Shown piece by piece: positions 1-7,535 of a DNA stretch of 32,000 bases; position 1 is the first letter of the stretch, and every line of letters begins with the position of its first letter. The notes under the pieces are model-generated. The model worked only from the letters and a program-made list of their open reading frames with translations. It had not been told where the DNA came from and did not search any database. This DNA comes from Rhodobacter capsulatus SB 1003. GTDB lineage: Bacteria; Pseudomonadota; Alphaproteobacteria; Rhodobacterales; Rhodobacteraceae. Location of the stretch: NCBI RefSeq assembly GCF_000021865.1, contig NC_014034.1, positions 1,200,001 to 1,232,000 on the forward strand, read 5' to 3'. The translations under genes were made by a program, and so were the position numbers.

Positions 1-112
1 CAAGGCGACGAAACAGGCCGCGACGCTGGAGCGCGAACTGGGGCGGCTGAAGGAAAAGACGCAGGGCCCGAAGGACGAGGTTCTGGCGCTGCTCGACAAG
101 CCGCGCGCCTGA
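1..112 (+). CDS. 3' end of an unidentified CDS (partial, first full codon at 2)
   Basis: Open frame reads ...[36 protein letters not shown] and ends at TGA 110-112. The tail is charged and coiled-coil-like. No family can be assigned from 36 residues. Confidence 0.4.
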   Translation, partial: KATKQAATLERELGRLKEKTQGPKDEVLALLDKPRA

Positions 113-119
113 GGGCGCC

Positions 120-791
120 GTGGTCACCGTCGCCGTCAACCGTGGCCGCCCCGGCGGGGTGCGCTGCAAGATCTGCGGGCTGAGAACCCCGGCCGATGTG
201 GGAGCTGCCGCGATGGCGGGGGCGGGCTACATCGGCCTTGTGTTTTTCCCCCGCTCGCCCCGGCATCTGGAGATCGGTGCCGCCCGCGATCTGGCGCTGG
301 CCGCGCCGGTGGGGCTGGCCAAGGTCGGGCTGGTCGTCGATGCCGAGGACGCGGATCTGGAGGCGATCACCGCCTCGGTGCCGCTCGACATGCTGCAACT
401 TCATGGGCGCGAAAGCCCGGCCCGGGTGGCCGAGGTGAAGGCGCGGTTCGGCCTGCCGGTGATGAAGGCCCTGGGCGTGGCCGAGGCGGCCGATCTGGCG
501 GCGATCGCCGAATATGAGGCGGTGGCGGATCAGATCCTGATCGATGCGAAAGCGCCGAAGGGCGCGGCGCTGCCGGGCGGCAATGGCCTGTCTTTCGACT
601 GGCGGCTGATTGCGGGCCGGGTCTGGCAACGTCCGTGGATGCTGGCCGGGGGGCTGACGCCAGAGAACGTGGCGGAAGCGGTGCGGCTGACCGGGGCGGC
701 TCAGGTCGACGTGTCGTCGGGGGTGGAATCGGCGCCCGGGGTCAAGGAGGCCGCCCGGATTGCCGCCTTTGTCGCGGCGGCGCAGGGGTAG
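120..791 (+). CDS. trpF: N-(5'-phosphoribosyl)anthranilate isomerase
   Basis: 223-aa ORF with TrpF-like segments [30 protein letters not shown] and VDVSSGVE. It lies directly upstream of trpB. GTG start at 120; an in-frame GTG at 159 is an alternative. Confidence 0.85.
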   Translation: MVTVAVNRGRPGGVRCKICGLRTPADVGAAAMAGAGYIGLVFFPRSPRHLEIGAARDLALAAPVGLAKVGLVVDAEDADLEAITASVPLDMLQLHGRESPARVAEVKARFGLPVMKALGVAEAADLAAIAEYEAVADQILIDAKAPKGAALPGGNGLSFDWRLIAGRVWQRPWMLAGGLTPENVAEAVRLTGAAQVDVSSGVESAPGVKEAARIAAFVAAAQG

Positions 792-810
792 GGTGGGGTT
801 TCACCCCCAC

Positions 811-840
811 ACCCCCAGCGTATTTTGGCCAAGAAGAAAC
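811..840. repeat. Degenerate copy of the intergenic 26-mer repeat family (ACCCCCAGCGTATTTTGGCCAAGAAGAAAC)
   Basis: About 22 of 30 positions match ACCCCCGGGATATTTGTGGCAAGATGAAAG at 12573-12602 by hand alignment. Located in the trpF-trpB spacer, preceded by the G/C mini-hairpin region GGGTGGGGTTTCACCCCCAC. Confidence 0.45.
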
Positions 841-907
841 AGGAACTTTACCCCGAGGGGGGGGCGCGCTATCTGCTGTTGGCGCGTGAAGGACAAAGGG
901 GACGGCG

Positions 908-2140
908 ATGGCGGAAGATCGGCTCAACAGTTTCATGACGGCTCCGGACGAGAGCGGCCGGTTCGGCATTCACGGCGGGCGCTTCGTGTCCGAAACGCTG
1001 ATGCCGCTGATCCTTGAACTCGAGGCGCAATACGAGCACGCCAAGACCGACCCGAGCTTCTGGGCCGAGATGGAGGCGCTTTGGAAGCATTACGTCGGCC
1101 GTCCCTCGCCGCTTTATTTCGCGCCGCGGATGACCGAGGAGCTGGGCGGCGCCAAAGTCTATCTGAAGCGCGAGGAGCTGAACCACACCGGCGCGCACAA
1201 GATCAACAACGTGCTGGGGCAGATTTTGCTCGCCCGGCGCATGGGCAAGACCCGGATCATCGCCGAGACCGGGGCGGGGCAGCATGGCGTGGCGACGGCC
1301 ACCGTCTGCGCGAAGTTCGGGCTGCAATGCATTGTTTACATGGGCGCCACCGACGTTGAACGTCAGGCGCCGAACGTGTTCCGGATGAAGTTGCTCGGCG
1401 CCGAGGTGGTGCCGGTGACCTCTGGTCGCGGCACGCTGAAAGATGCGATGAACGATGCTTTGCGCGACTGGGTGACCAATGTGCGCGACACGTTCTATTG
1501 CATCGGCACCGTCGCGGGGCCTGCGCCCTATCCGGCGATGGTGCGGGATTTCCAGTCGATCATCGGCAAGGAAACCCGCTGGCAGCTGCAGGAACAAGAG
1601 GGCGAAGGCCGTCTGCCCGACACGATCATCGCCTGCGTCGGCGGCGGCTCGAACGCCATGGGGCTGTTCCATCCGTTCCTGGATGACCCTTCGGTGCGCA
1701 TCATCGGGGTCGAGGCCGGAGGGCTTGGGGTGGACGACCGGATGCAGCATTGCGCGTCCTTGACCGGCGGGCGCCCGGGCGTGCTGCATGGCAACCGCAC
1801 CTATCTGTTGCAGGACGAGGACGGGCAGATCCTGGAGGGGCATTCGATCTCGGCCGGCCTTGATTATCCGGGCATCGGGCCGGAGCATTCGTGGCTGCAT
1901 GACATCAAGCGCGCCGAATATGTCTCGATCTCCGATGCCGAGGCGCTCGACGCCTTCCAGTTCTGCTGTCGGACCGAGGGGATCATTCCGGCCTTGGAAA
2001 GCAGCCATGCGCTCGCCCATGTGATGAAACTCGCGCCGACGCTGCCGAAAGACCACATCATCGTGGTCAACCTCTCGGGCCGGGGCGACAAGGACATTTT
2101 CACCGTGGCGAAGCACCTGGGCGTCGAGATGAAGGTCTGA
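908..2140 (+). CDS. trpB: Tryptophan synthase beta chain
   Basis: 410-aa ORF with the PLP-lysine motif HTGAHKINN and glycine loop GGGSNAMG. Full-length TrpB-like sequence, ATG start with AAGGGGA upstream. Confidence 0.95.
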   Translation: MAEDRLNSFMTAPDESGRFGIHGGRFVSETLMPLILELEAQYEHAKTDPSFWAEMEALWKHYVGRPSPLYFAPRMTEELGGAKVYLKREELNHTGAHKINNVLGQILLARRMGKTRIIAETGAGQHGVATATVCAKFGLQCIVYMGATDVERQAPNVFRMKLLGAEVVPVTSGRGTLKDAMNDALRDWVTNVRDTFYCIGTVAGPAPYPAMVRDFQSIIGKETRWQLQEQEGEGRLPDTIIACVGGGSNAMGLFHPFLDDPSVRIIGVEAGGLGVDDRMQHCASLTGGRPGVLHGNRTYLLQDEDGQILEGHSISAGLDYPGIGPEHSWLHDIKRAEYVSISDAEALDAFQFCCRTEGIIPALESSHALAHVMKLAPTLPKDHIIVVNLSGRGDKDIFTVAKHLGVEMKV

Positions 2141-2165
2141 TCCGCCCGGCGGAGGACCCGATCAA

Positions 2166-2190
2166 GGCGGCGCCCGGGGCGCCGCTTTTG
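2166..2190 (+). terminator. Rho-independent terminator after trpB
   Basis: GC palindrome GGCGGCGCCCCGGGGCGCCGC followed by TTTTGGTTTT, about 25 nt after the trpB stop. Confidence 0.6.
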
Positions 2191-2435
2191 GTTTTCGGCC
2201 TCTACACCAAGGTTTATGCGGCGCAATCCGGCACGAAAACCGCCGGTTTATACCTTTCGCTGAATTGCCTTTCCGGGTGAGGCGGGCGAACAGGGCCGTG
2301 TCGCGTCCCCCAAACGTGACCTGCTGACCTCGACACCGGGCCGGGCCGCCACTCACGATGCGAACGGGCCGTTGTCGGGAGGCCGGGACAGATGTACTGC
2401 TTCGCCAGGGCGCGCCCGCGTCCGGCGGTTCCTCA

Positions 2436-2471
2436 GCGCGCCCCGATCCAGCGGAGGGGGCGCGCCTTTTT
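2436..2471 (+). terminator. Terminator-like hairpin (possible attenuator) just upstream of the PepSY-like gene RBS
   Basis: 9-bp GC stem: GCGCGCCCC (2436-2444) pairs with GGGGCGCGC (2457-2465). 12-nt loop, then C plus TTTTT (2467-2471). The GGAG RBS (2473-2476) and ATG 2484 follow directly. Confidence 0.4.
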
Positions 2472-2483
2472 CGGAGTGAGATC

Positions 2484-2997
2484 ATGCGATCGCGCCTGCC
2501 CCGTCTTGCCCCCGTCGCGCCGCTGGCGCTGAGCCTTGCGCTGGCTGCGCTTGCCGCCCGGGCCGAGACCCAGGCCGAGATCGTGGCGCAGATGCAGGCC
2601 GAGGGCTACCGCTCCATCGAGGTTTCGACCACCTGGCTGCGCCGGGTGCGGATCGTCGCCGAGGGGGGGGCGGGCCTGCGCGAAGTGGTGATCGACCCCC
2701 CGCAACGGCGAGGTGCTGCGCGATTTCGCCGATCGCGCGCCGCGCCGCGGCGGGATGGCGCCTCCGCCCGGACCGCGTCCGGGGGGCATGCCGCCGGGGG
2801 GCGATCCGTCGCGCCCCGGGGGGCCGGGCGGCCCCGGTGGCCCCGGACCCGGTGGTCCCGGGCCGGGCGGCCCCGGGCCGGGCGGGGCAGGACCGGGCGG
2901 GGCAGGACCGGGCCGGGATGGCGGGCCGGGCGGCCCCGGATCCGGTGGCGACAGGGGGCCGGGCGGCCCCGCGGGTGCCGGGATGGGTGGGTCCTGA
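2484..2997 (+). pseudogene. Secreted PepSY-like protein with Gly/Pro-rich tail, reading frame interrupted at a C6 run (2696-2701)
   Basis: ATG 2484 with GGAG RBS opens MRSRLPRLAPVAPLALSLALAALAARA (signal peptide), then EIVAQMQAEGYRSIEVSTTWLRRVRIVAEGGAGLREVVIDP. After the CCCCCC run the sensible continuation RNGEVLRDFADRAP...GGPGGPGGPGPGG... is in the +1 frame, which ends at TGA 2995-2997, 6 nt before the next gene. The original frame continues as Arg-rich nonsense to 3140. Confidence 0.6.
2857..2915 (+). repeat. Degenerate 15-bp tandem repeats encoding (P/A)GPGG units
   Basis: CCCGGGCCGGGCGG recurs at 2857 and 2872. GGCAGGACCGGGCGG recurs at 2886 and 2901. Period is 15 bp, in the frame that encodes the Gly/Pro tail. 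Confidence 0.7.
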
Positions 2998-3003
2998 CCG
3001 ATC

Positions 3004-3621
3004 ATGGCCCTGACCGATCCGACCGACCTTCCCCCCGCGCCGCAAGGCCCGCTGCGGCGCCCGGCCTGGCTGAACCTGCGCGTCGCGCTGCTGCCGCTCT
3101 TTCTTGTGCAGACGGTGACGGCGCTGTTCTTCGTCTCTGACATCGTGTTTGCGCTGCTGGGCATCGAGGTTGCCCCGATCAACTGGAAACTGCGCGAGGC
3201 AATGGAGATCTCGGCCGCGCTCGGGCTGGTGCTGGGGCTGGTCTTCGGCGCGCAGGCGCTGCTTTCGGCCCGGCACGAGGCGCGGGTGGCGACGGAAAAG
3301 CTGCGCCGGGCCTCGACCGCCTTTGCCGAATTGCTGAGCGAGCGCTTTGCCGAATGGCGGCTGACCGCGGCCGAGCGGGAGGTGGCGCTGTTTGCGATCA
3401 AGGGGCTGACGCTGGCCGAGATTGCCGGTCTGCGCGCCACATCGGAAGGCACGGTGAAGGCGCAGACGGCGTCGATCTACCGCAAGGCGGGGGTGTCGAC
3501 GCGCAGCCAGCTGGTGTCGATCTTCATCGAGGATCTGATGGACGAGCCCACCGCCCGGTTCACCGACATCCCGGCCAGCACGATCGGCCCGCCCAGACGC
3601 GCGGCGCAGGGCGGCCGCTGA
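3004..3621 (+). CDS. Membrane-anchored LuxR/GerE-family HTH transcriptional regulator
   Basis: 205 aa. Two hydrophobic segments (LLPLFLVQTVTALFFVSDIVFALLGI and ISAALGLVLGLVFGAQALL). C-terminal GerE-type HTH: LTAAEREVALFAIKGLTLAEIAGLRATSEGTVKAQTASIYRKAGVSTRSQLV. Confidence 0.8.
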   Translation: MALTDPTDLPPAPQGPLRRPAWLNLRVALLPLFLVQTVTALFFVSDIVFALLGIEVAPINWKLREAMEISAALGLVLGLVFGAQALLSARHEARVATEKLRRASTAFAELLSERFAEWRLTAAEREVALFAIKGLTLAEIAGLRATSEGTVKAQTASIYRKAGVSTRSQLVSIFIEDLMDEPTARFTDIPASTIGPPRRAAQGGR

Positions 3622-3627
3622 GCCGCC

Positions 3628-4128
3628 TCACTTCTCGCCGCGGTGCTTTTTCTTCGCCTTCTTCTCGGCGGCCATGCCCTGCATCAGCTCGGTCAGATCG
3701 CGGCGCATCAGCTTTGAAAACCACTGCGAGGCCGCCCCGGCCATCTCGGCCAGATCCTGCATCCGGCTGTCGTCCTCGGCCTGGGCAAGCGCGGTCAGCC
3801 GGTCGACCAGCGGCGCGATCTCGCGGCGGTGCCGTTCCGCCAGACCGGCGCGCAACAGCGCCCAGGGGTTCGGATCGGCGGTGAAGAAATCGCGCCGCAG
3901 CCCGGGCTTGCGGCTGACCTGCACCAGACCGGCCTGCCGCAATTCCTTGAGCGCGACCGAGACATTCGAGCGTGAAAGGCCAAGTCCCGTTGCCAGATCC
4001 TCGGCCGAGGGGGTGTCGGTGGCCCGCCAGATCGCGGCCAGGCATTGCCCGGCGGCGCGGCTCAGGCCGAAGGCGCTGGCCAGATCGGCGAAAAGCTGCG
4101 TCAGATCCGAGGGGGCAGGCGCGGTCAT
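3628..4128 (-). CDS. GbsR/MarR-family winged-helix transcriptional regulator
   Basis: 166 aa with the wHTH segment SAEDLATGLGLSRSNVSVALKELRQAGLVQV and a Lys-rich tail. Its start is 9 nt after the galM stop. Confidence 0.7.
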   Translation of the reverse strand: MTAPAPSDLTQLFADLASAFGLSRAAGQCLAAIWRATDTPSAEDLATGLGLSRSNVSVALKELRQAGLVQVSRKPGLRRDFFTADPNPWALLRAGLAERHRREIAPLVDRLTALAQAEDDSRMQDLAEMAGAASQWFSKLMRRDLTELMQGMAAEKKAKKKHRGEK

Positions 4129-4137
4129 GGGGCCTCT

Positions 4138-5136
4138 TCAAGCGGCGGGACGGCGGGTCAGGTGCACGGCGCTACGTTGCCGCCAAGGCGTGCCGGGCGC
4201 AAGCGTGATCGGCGGGAAATCGGCGTGGCGGGGCGCATCGGGCCAAAGCTGCGGCTCCAGCGCCACCCCGGCATGGGCGTCATAGGGCGTGCCCGTCAGC
4301 CCGGGGAAGGGGGCGGACTGAAGCGCGCGGCCGTCATAGATCTGCAGCCCCGGCGCGTCGCTGTGCAGATCAAGGTGGACGCCCTTTGCCCCCGTCAGCT
4401 GCGCCACGGGGCGCAAGCCACTGCCTGACAGGCAGAAATTGTGATCGACCGGGGGCAGGTCGGGCAGCGGTCGGGGGGCGCGCAGATCAAGGGTCAGCGT
4501 CTCGACCGGCACCGGGGCCAGCGGCAGGTTTTCGGCATCGGTGGGCAGGATGTGATCGGCCGCGACCGAAAGCCTGTGCCCCGCCGTCGTCGCCGTGCCG
4601 TCCAGGTTCCAATAGGGGTGATGCGCCAGGTTCATCAGCGTCAGCGCATCGGTTTCGGCCGCAAGCGTGATTTCCAGCGTGGCCGGGGGGGCCAGCCGAT
4701 AGCTGGCGCGGATCACCCGGTTGCCGGGCAGCGCCGCCGCGCCATCGGGCAGATCAAGACGCAGGGTCACCGCCGCGGCGCGGACCTCCTCGATCGTCCA
4801 GATGCGCTGCGAAATCCCCTCGGCGCCCGAATGCAGCAGGTTCGCCCCGTCATTGGGCTGCGCCTGCCACAGGCGCCCGTCGAGCGTCACCTGCGCCCGC
4901 CACAGCCGGTTCGCCACCGGCCCGACCACCGCGCCGCACCAGTGCAGGCGCTGTTCGTAAGCGGCCAGAAGATCCGAGCCCAGCACCAAAGGCCAGGGCG
5001 TGCCCGCCAGCCGCAGATCCTGCAGCGTCGCCCCGAAGGTCAGGACGCGCGCGGTCAGCTCGCCCGCGCGCAGCGTGATCGCCTCGACCGTCTGGCCGGT
5101 GGCGGTGGTGCCGAAACGGCGGATGTCTGATGTCAT
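4138..5136 (-). CDS. galM: Aldose 1-epimerase (galactose mutarotase family)
   Basis: 332 aa with mutarotase-like segments VGPVANRL, NLLHSGAEG...RIW, NLAHHPYWNL, VDHNF and ALEPQLWPDAP. GGGAGG RBS. Confidence 0.75.
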   Translation of the reverse strand: MTSDIRRFGTTATGQTVEAITLRAGELTARVLTFGATLQDLRLAGTPWPLVLGSDLLAAYEQRLHWCGAVVGPVANRLWRAQVTLDGRLWQAQPNDGANLLHSGAEGISQRIWTIEEVRAAAVTLRLDLPDGAAALPGNRVIRASYRLAPPATLEITLAAETDALTLMNLAHHPYWNLDGTATTAGHRLSVAADHILPTDAENLPLAPVPVETLTLDLRAPRPLPDLPPVDHNFCLSGSGLRPVAQLTGAKGVHLDLHSDAPGLQIYDGRALQSAPFPGLTGTPYDAHAGVALEPQLWPDAPRHADFPPITLAPGTPWRQRSAVHLTRRPAA

Positions 5137-5190
5137 GGGGCCTCCCGCTCTGGTGCTACTCCAGCACGGAAGGCCCCAAAGAACAAGGGA

Positions 5191-6153
5191 TTACGGCGCG
5201 AGGCAGTCGCGCATCGCCCGGCCGAGACCCGTCAGCACCGCGTTATAAAGCCCGGGCCCATAGGGCAGGGTCGAGCCCTCGGGGTCAAGCGCGGCGCCGC
5301 GTTTCGCCGGCGTGCCCTCGAGCAGCATCTCGACCTGTTTCGGATCGTGGTTCGCCTCGGGGAAGGCGCAGACGACGCCCTTGGCGCTCAGGCTGTCGCG
5401 CAGATCGCGCAGATGCGCCGCGCCCGGATCGGCCGCATCGCCCATCGAGACCGAGCCCGCCGAGGTCAGCCCGTAATGGCTGGTGAAATAGCCATAGGCA
5501 TCGTGAAAGGTGACGAAGGGGCGGCCCTTGAGCGGCGCCAGGTCCGCCATCAGCTGCGCATCGAGCGTCGCCAGCCGCAGCCGCGCCTGCGCCGCATTGG
5601 CAATATAGGTCGCGCCATGTTCGGGGTCGCGCCGCGCCAGTTCCGAGCCGATCAGCGTCAGCCATGTCCCCGCATTCACCGGCGAAAGCCAGGCATGCGG
5701 GTCAAGCCCCTCGTGGTGATGCTCTTCGCCATGTTCGTCGTGATCATGCGCGTCGTGATCGTGGCCCTCGTGGGCGTGGTCCGGCGCATGGCCGCCGACA
5801 TGCGGCTTGCCGCCGAAATCAAGCAGCAGCGTGCCCGGCGCATCCAGCAGCGCCACCGCCTTGCCCGGGCCCTGCAGCCCGTCGATGGCGCGATCGAGCC
5901 AGGGCGTCATCTTGGGGCCGACCCAAAGCACCAGATCGGCCTCTTGCAGCGCCGCCGCCTGGCTGGGTTTCAGCTGATAGGAATGCGCATTCCCCCCCTG
6001 TTCGAGCAGAACGGCGGGGCTGCCCAGATCGCCCATCACCTGCGCGACAAGCGAGTGCACCGGCGGGATGTCGGTCACCACCTTGGGCACCTCGGCAAGG
6101 GACGGGCTGGCAAGGGCGGACAGCAGCAGGGCGGTCAGGGCGGGGCGTTGCAT
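5191..6153 (-). CDS. znuA: Zinc ABC transporter periplasmic substrate-binding protein
   Basis: Signal peptide MQRPALTALLLSALASPSLA. His/Asp/Glu-rich loop HVGGHAPDHAHEGHDHDAHDHDEHGEEHHHEG, typical of ZnuA. Divergent from zur-znuCB. ATG at 6153 with GAGGAA RBS is preferred over the track's TTG at 6168. Confidence 0.9.
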   Translation of the reverse strand: MQRPALTALLLSALASPSLAEVPKVVTDIPPVHSLVAQVMGDLGSPAVLLEQGGNAHSYQLKPSQAAALQEADLVLWVGPKMTPWLDRAIDGLQGPGKAVALLDAPGTLLLDFGGKPHVGGHAPDHAHEGHDHDAHDHDEHGEEHHHEGLDPHAWLSPVNAGTWLTLIGSELARRDPEHGATYIANAAQARLRLATLDAQLMADLAPLKGRPFVTFHDAYGYFTSHYGLTSAGSVSMGDAADPGAAHLRDLRDSLSAKGVVCAFPEANHDPKQVEMLLEGTPAKRGAALDPEGSTLPYGPGLYNAVLTGLGRAMRDCLAP

Positions 6154-6196
6154 GGGATTCCTCGGCAAGGCTTGCGGGTCGGGAGGCGGTTCTCTA

Positions 6197-6211
6197 TGTT
6201 ATGAGATAACA
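6197..6211. promoter_or_regulatory. Zur box (TGTTATGAGATAACA)
   Basis: Perfect 6-3-6 palindrome TGTTAT-GAG-ATAACA in the 84-bp znuA/zur divergent spacer. It matches the AT-rich TGTTAT...ATAACA type of Fur-family Zur operators. Confidence 0.7.
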
Positions 6212-6223
6212 AGTCAAGCGAAA

Positions 6224-6238
6224 TGTGATAGAGTAACA
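6224..6238. promoter_or_regulatory. Second, weaker Zur-box-like site (TGTGATAGAGTAACA)
   Basis: Shares 10 of 15 positions with the first box. Imperfect palindrome that abuts the zur ATG at 6238. Confidence 0.35.
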
Positions 6239-6741
6239 TGAACGGCAAGACCGATCCGGGCCGCGCCTTCGCGCATCACGACCACGCCCATTGCGCGGGC
6301 GACACCTTGGCGCGGGCCGAGGCGGAAGCCGCGCGGCGGGGGCTGCGCTTCACCCCGGTGCGCAAGCGGGTGCTGCAGATCCTGCTCGAGGCCCACCGGG
6401 CGATGGGCGCCTATGAGGTGCTTGACCGGCTTTCGGCCGAGGGCTTCGGCAATCAGCCGCCCGTCGCCTATCGGGCGCTCGAATTTCTGGTCGAGGCGGG
6501 TCTGGCGCATCGGGTGCAGGGGTTGAATGCCTTTGCCGCCTGCATGCATCCCGGGGAAACCCATGCGCCGGTGTTCCTGATCTGCCGCGATTGCGATGCG
6601 GTGGCCGAGGCGCAGGCGGCGCCGGTGCGGGCGGCGCTCGATCAGGTTGCGGGGGCGCTTGGCTTTGCCATCGAGCGCGCCAGTTTCGAGGCGGTGGGGC
6701 TCTGTCCCGCCTGCCGGGCGCGGGCGGAAGGTCGGGCGTGA
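6238..6741 (+). CDS. zur: Zinc uptake regulator, Fur family
   Basis: 167 aa. Fur-type wHTH FTPVRKRVLQILLEAHRAMGAYEVLDRL and Cys pairs CRDC and CPAC. Located immediately upstream of znuC. Confidence 0.85.
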   Translation: MNGKTDPGRAFAHHDHAHCAGDTLARAEAEAARRGLRFTPVRKRVLQILLEAHRAMGAYEVLDRLSAEGFGNQPPVAYRALEFLVEAGLAHRVQGLNAFAACMHPGETHAPVFLICRDCDAVAEAQAAPVRAALDQVAGALGFAIERASFEAVGLCPACRARAEGRA

Positions 6742-6743
6742 CC

Positions 6744-7535
6744 ATGCTGATCACGGCGGAAAATCTTTCGGTGCGGCATGGCGAGGCCGTGGTGCTGACG
6801 GGGGTCGATTTCACCCTGGCGCCGGGCGAGATCGTCACTGTCGTGGGGCCGAACGGCTCGGGGAAATCGACGCTGATCCGGGCGCTGATCGGGCTCGAAC
6901 CGGCGGCGACGGGGCGGGTCAGTCGCGCGCCCGGGCTGCGCATCGGCTATGTGCCGCAAAAGCTGCATATCGACGCCGGTCTGCCGATGACGGTGCGCCG
7001 TTTCCTGTCGCTGCCCCGGCGCGTCAGCGATGCGGCCGCTGCGGCGGCGCTGGCGCGGGTCGGCGTTCCGGGGCTGGGGCCGCGGCCGCTTGCCCGGCTT
7101 TCGGGCGGGCAGTTCCAGCGCGTGCTTCTGGCGCGGGCGCTCTTGGGTGCGCCGCAGGTGCTGATCCTCGACGAGCCGACGCAGGGGCTGGATCAGCCCG
7201 GCACGGCGGCCTTTTACCGGCTGATCGAGGAGGTCCGGGCCGAGACCGGCGCCGCGGTGCTGATGGTCAGCCATGACCTGCATGTGGTGATGGCGGCCTC
7301 GGACCGGGTGGTCTGCCTCAATGGCCATGTCTGCTGCGCGGGCACGCCCAAGGTGGTCTCGGCCGCGCCGGAATATCGCGCGCTCTTCGGGCTGGGCACC
7401 GGCGGGGCCTTTGCGCTGTATCGCCATGTGCATGACCACGAGCATGACGAGGGTCACGGTCACGACCCCGCCGCCCCGCACAAGGCGCATCCCTCTGCGC
7501 ATGTGCATGGACCGGAGTGTCGCCACGATGCTTGA
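6744..7535 (+). CDS. znuC: Zinc ABC transporter ATP-binding protein with His-rich C-terminal tail
   Basis: Walker A GPNGSGKST, ABC signature LSGGQFQR, Walker B VLILDEPTQGLD, H-loop VSHDL. ATG 6744 lies 2 nt after the zur stop; the upstream part of the track ORF (from 6591) overlaps zur. Confidence 0.9.
   Translation: MLITAENLSVRHGEAVVLTGVDFTLAPGEIVTVVGPNGSGKSTLIRALIGLEPAATGRVSRAPGLRIGYVPQKLHIDAGLPMTVRRFLSLPRRVSDAAAAAALARVGVPGLGPRPLARLSGGQFQRVLLARALLGAPQVLILDEPTQGLDQPGTAAFYRLIEEVRAETGAAVLMVSHDLHVVMAASDRVVCLNGHVCCAGTPKVVSAAPEYRALFGLGTGGAFALYRHVHDHEHDEGHGHDPAAPHKAHPSAHVHGPECRHDA

Noticed and set aside
869-2116. 415-aa minus-strand ORF opposite trpB. Equivalent long antisense ORFs occur at 9353-10831, 19960-21420, 23403-25157, 26666-28249, 28307-29014, 28969-30138 and 30251-31975.
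   Set aside because: Those whose phase I checked (869-2116, 9353-10831, 19960-21420, 23403-25157, 26666-28249, 30251-31975) are codon-aligned antisense frames of well-supported genes. All give Arg/Gly/His/Pro-rich translations with no recognisable motifs. They reflect GC3 bias, not coding.
2283-2320. Possible ECF-type promoter (GAAC...CGT) upstream of the PepSY-like gene
   Set aside because: Spacing between the GAAC and CGT(C/G) elements is about 12 or 23 nt, not the 16-17 nt expected.
2358-3140. 260-aa ORF read as one intact protein; 2713-2997 read as a stand-alone 94-aa Gly/Pro protein
   Set aside because: The first 42 codons lack coding-like GC3. The region after 2701 is Arg-rich nonsense that overlaps the LuxR-type gene by 137 nt. 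The 94-aa piece has no signal peptide or RBS. A single gene from 2484 to 2997 with a frameshift at the C6 run explains both better.
2433-3452. 339-aa and 264-aa minus-strand ORFs across the Gly/Pro-repeat region
   Set aside because: They are complements of the GGN/CCN repeat tract and of the LuxR-type gene. They are Pro/Gly/Arg low complexity with no start context.
6591-6743. Upstream starts for znuC (6591) and znuB (7321) given by the ORF track
   Set aside because: The extensions overlap zur and znuC respectively and translate as Gly/Arg-rich or otherwise implausible sequence. The canonical N-termini begin at ATG 6744 and ATG 7528.
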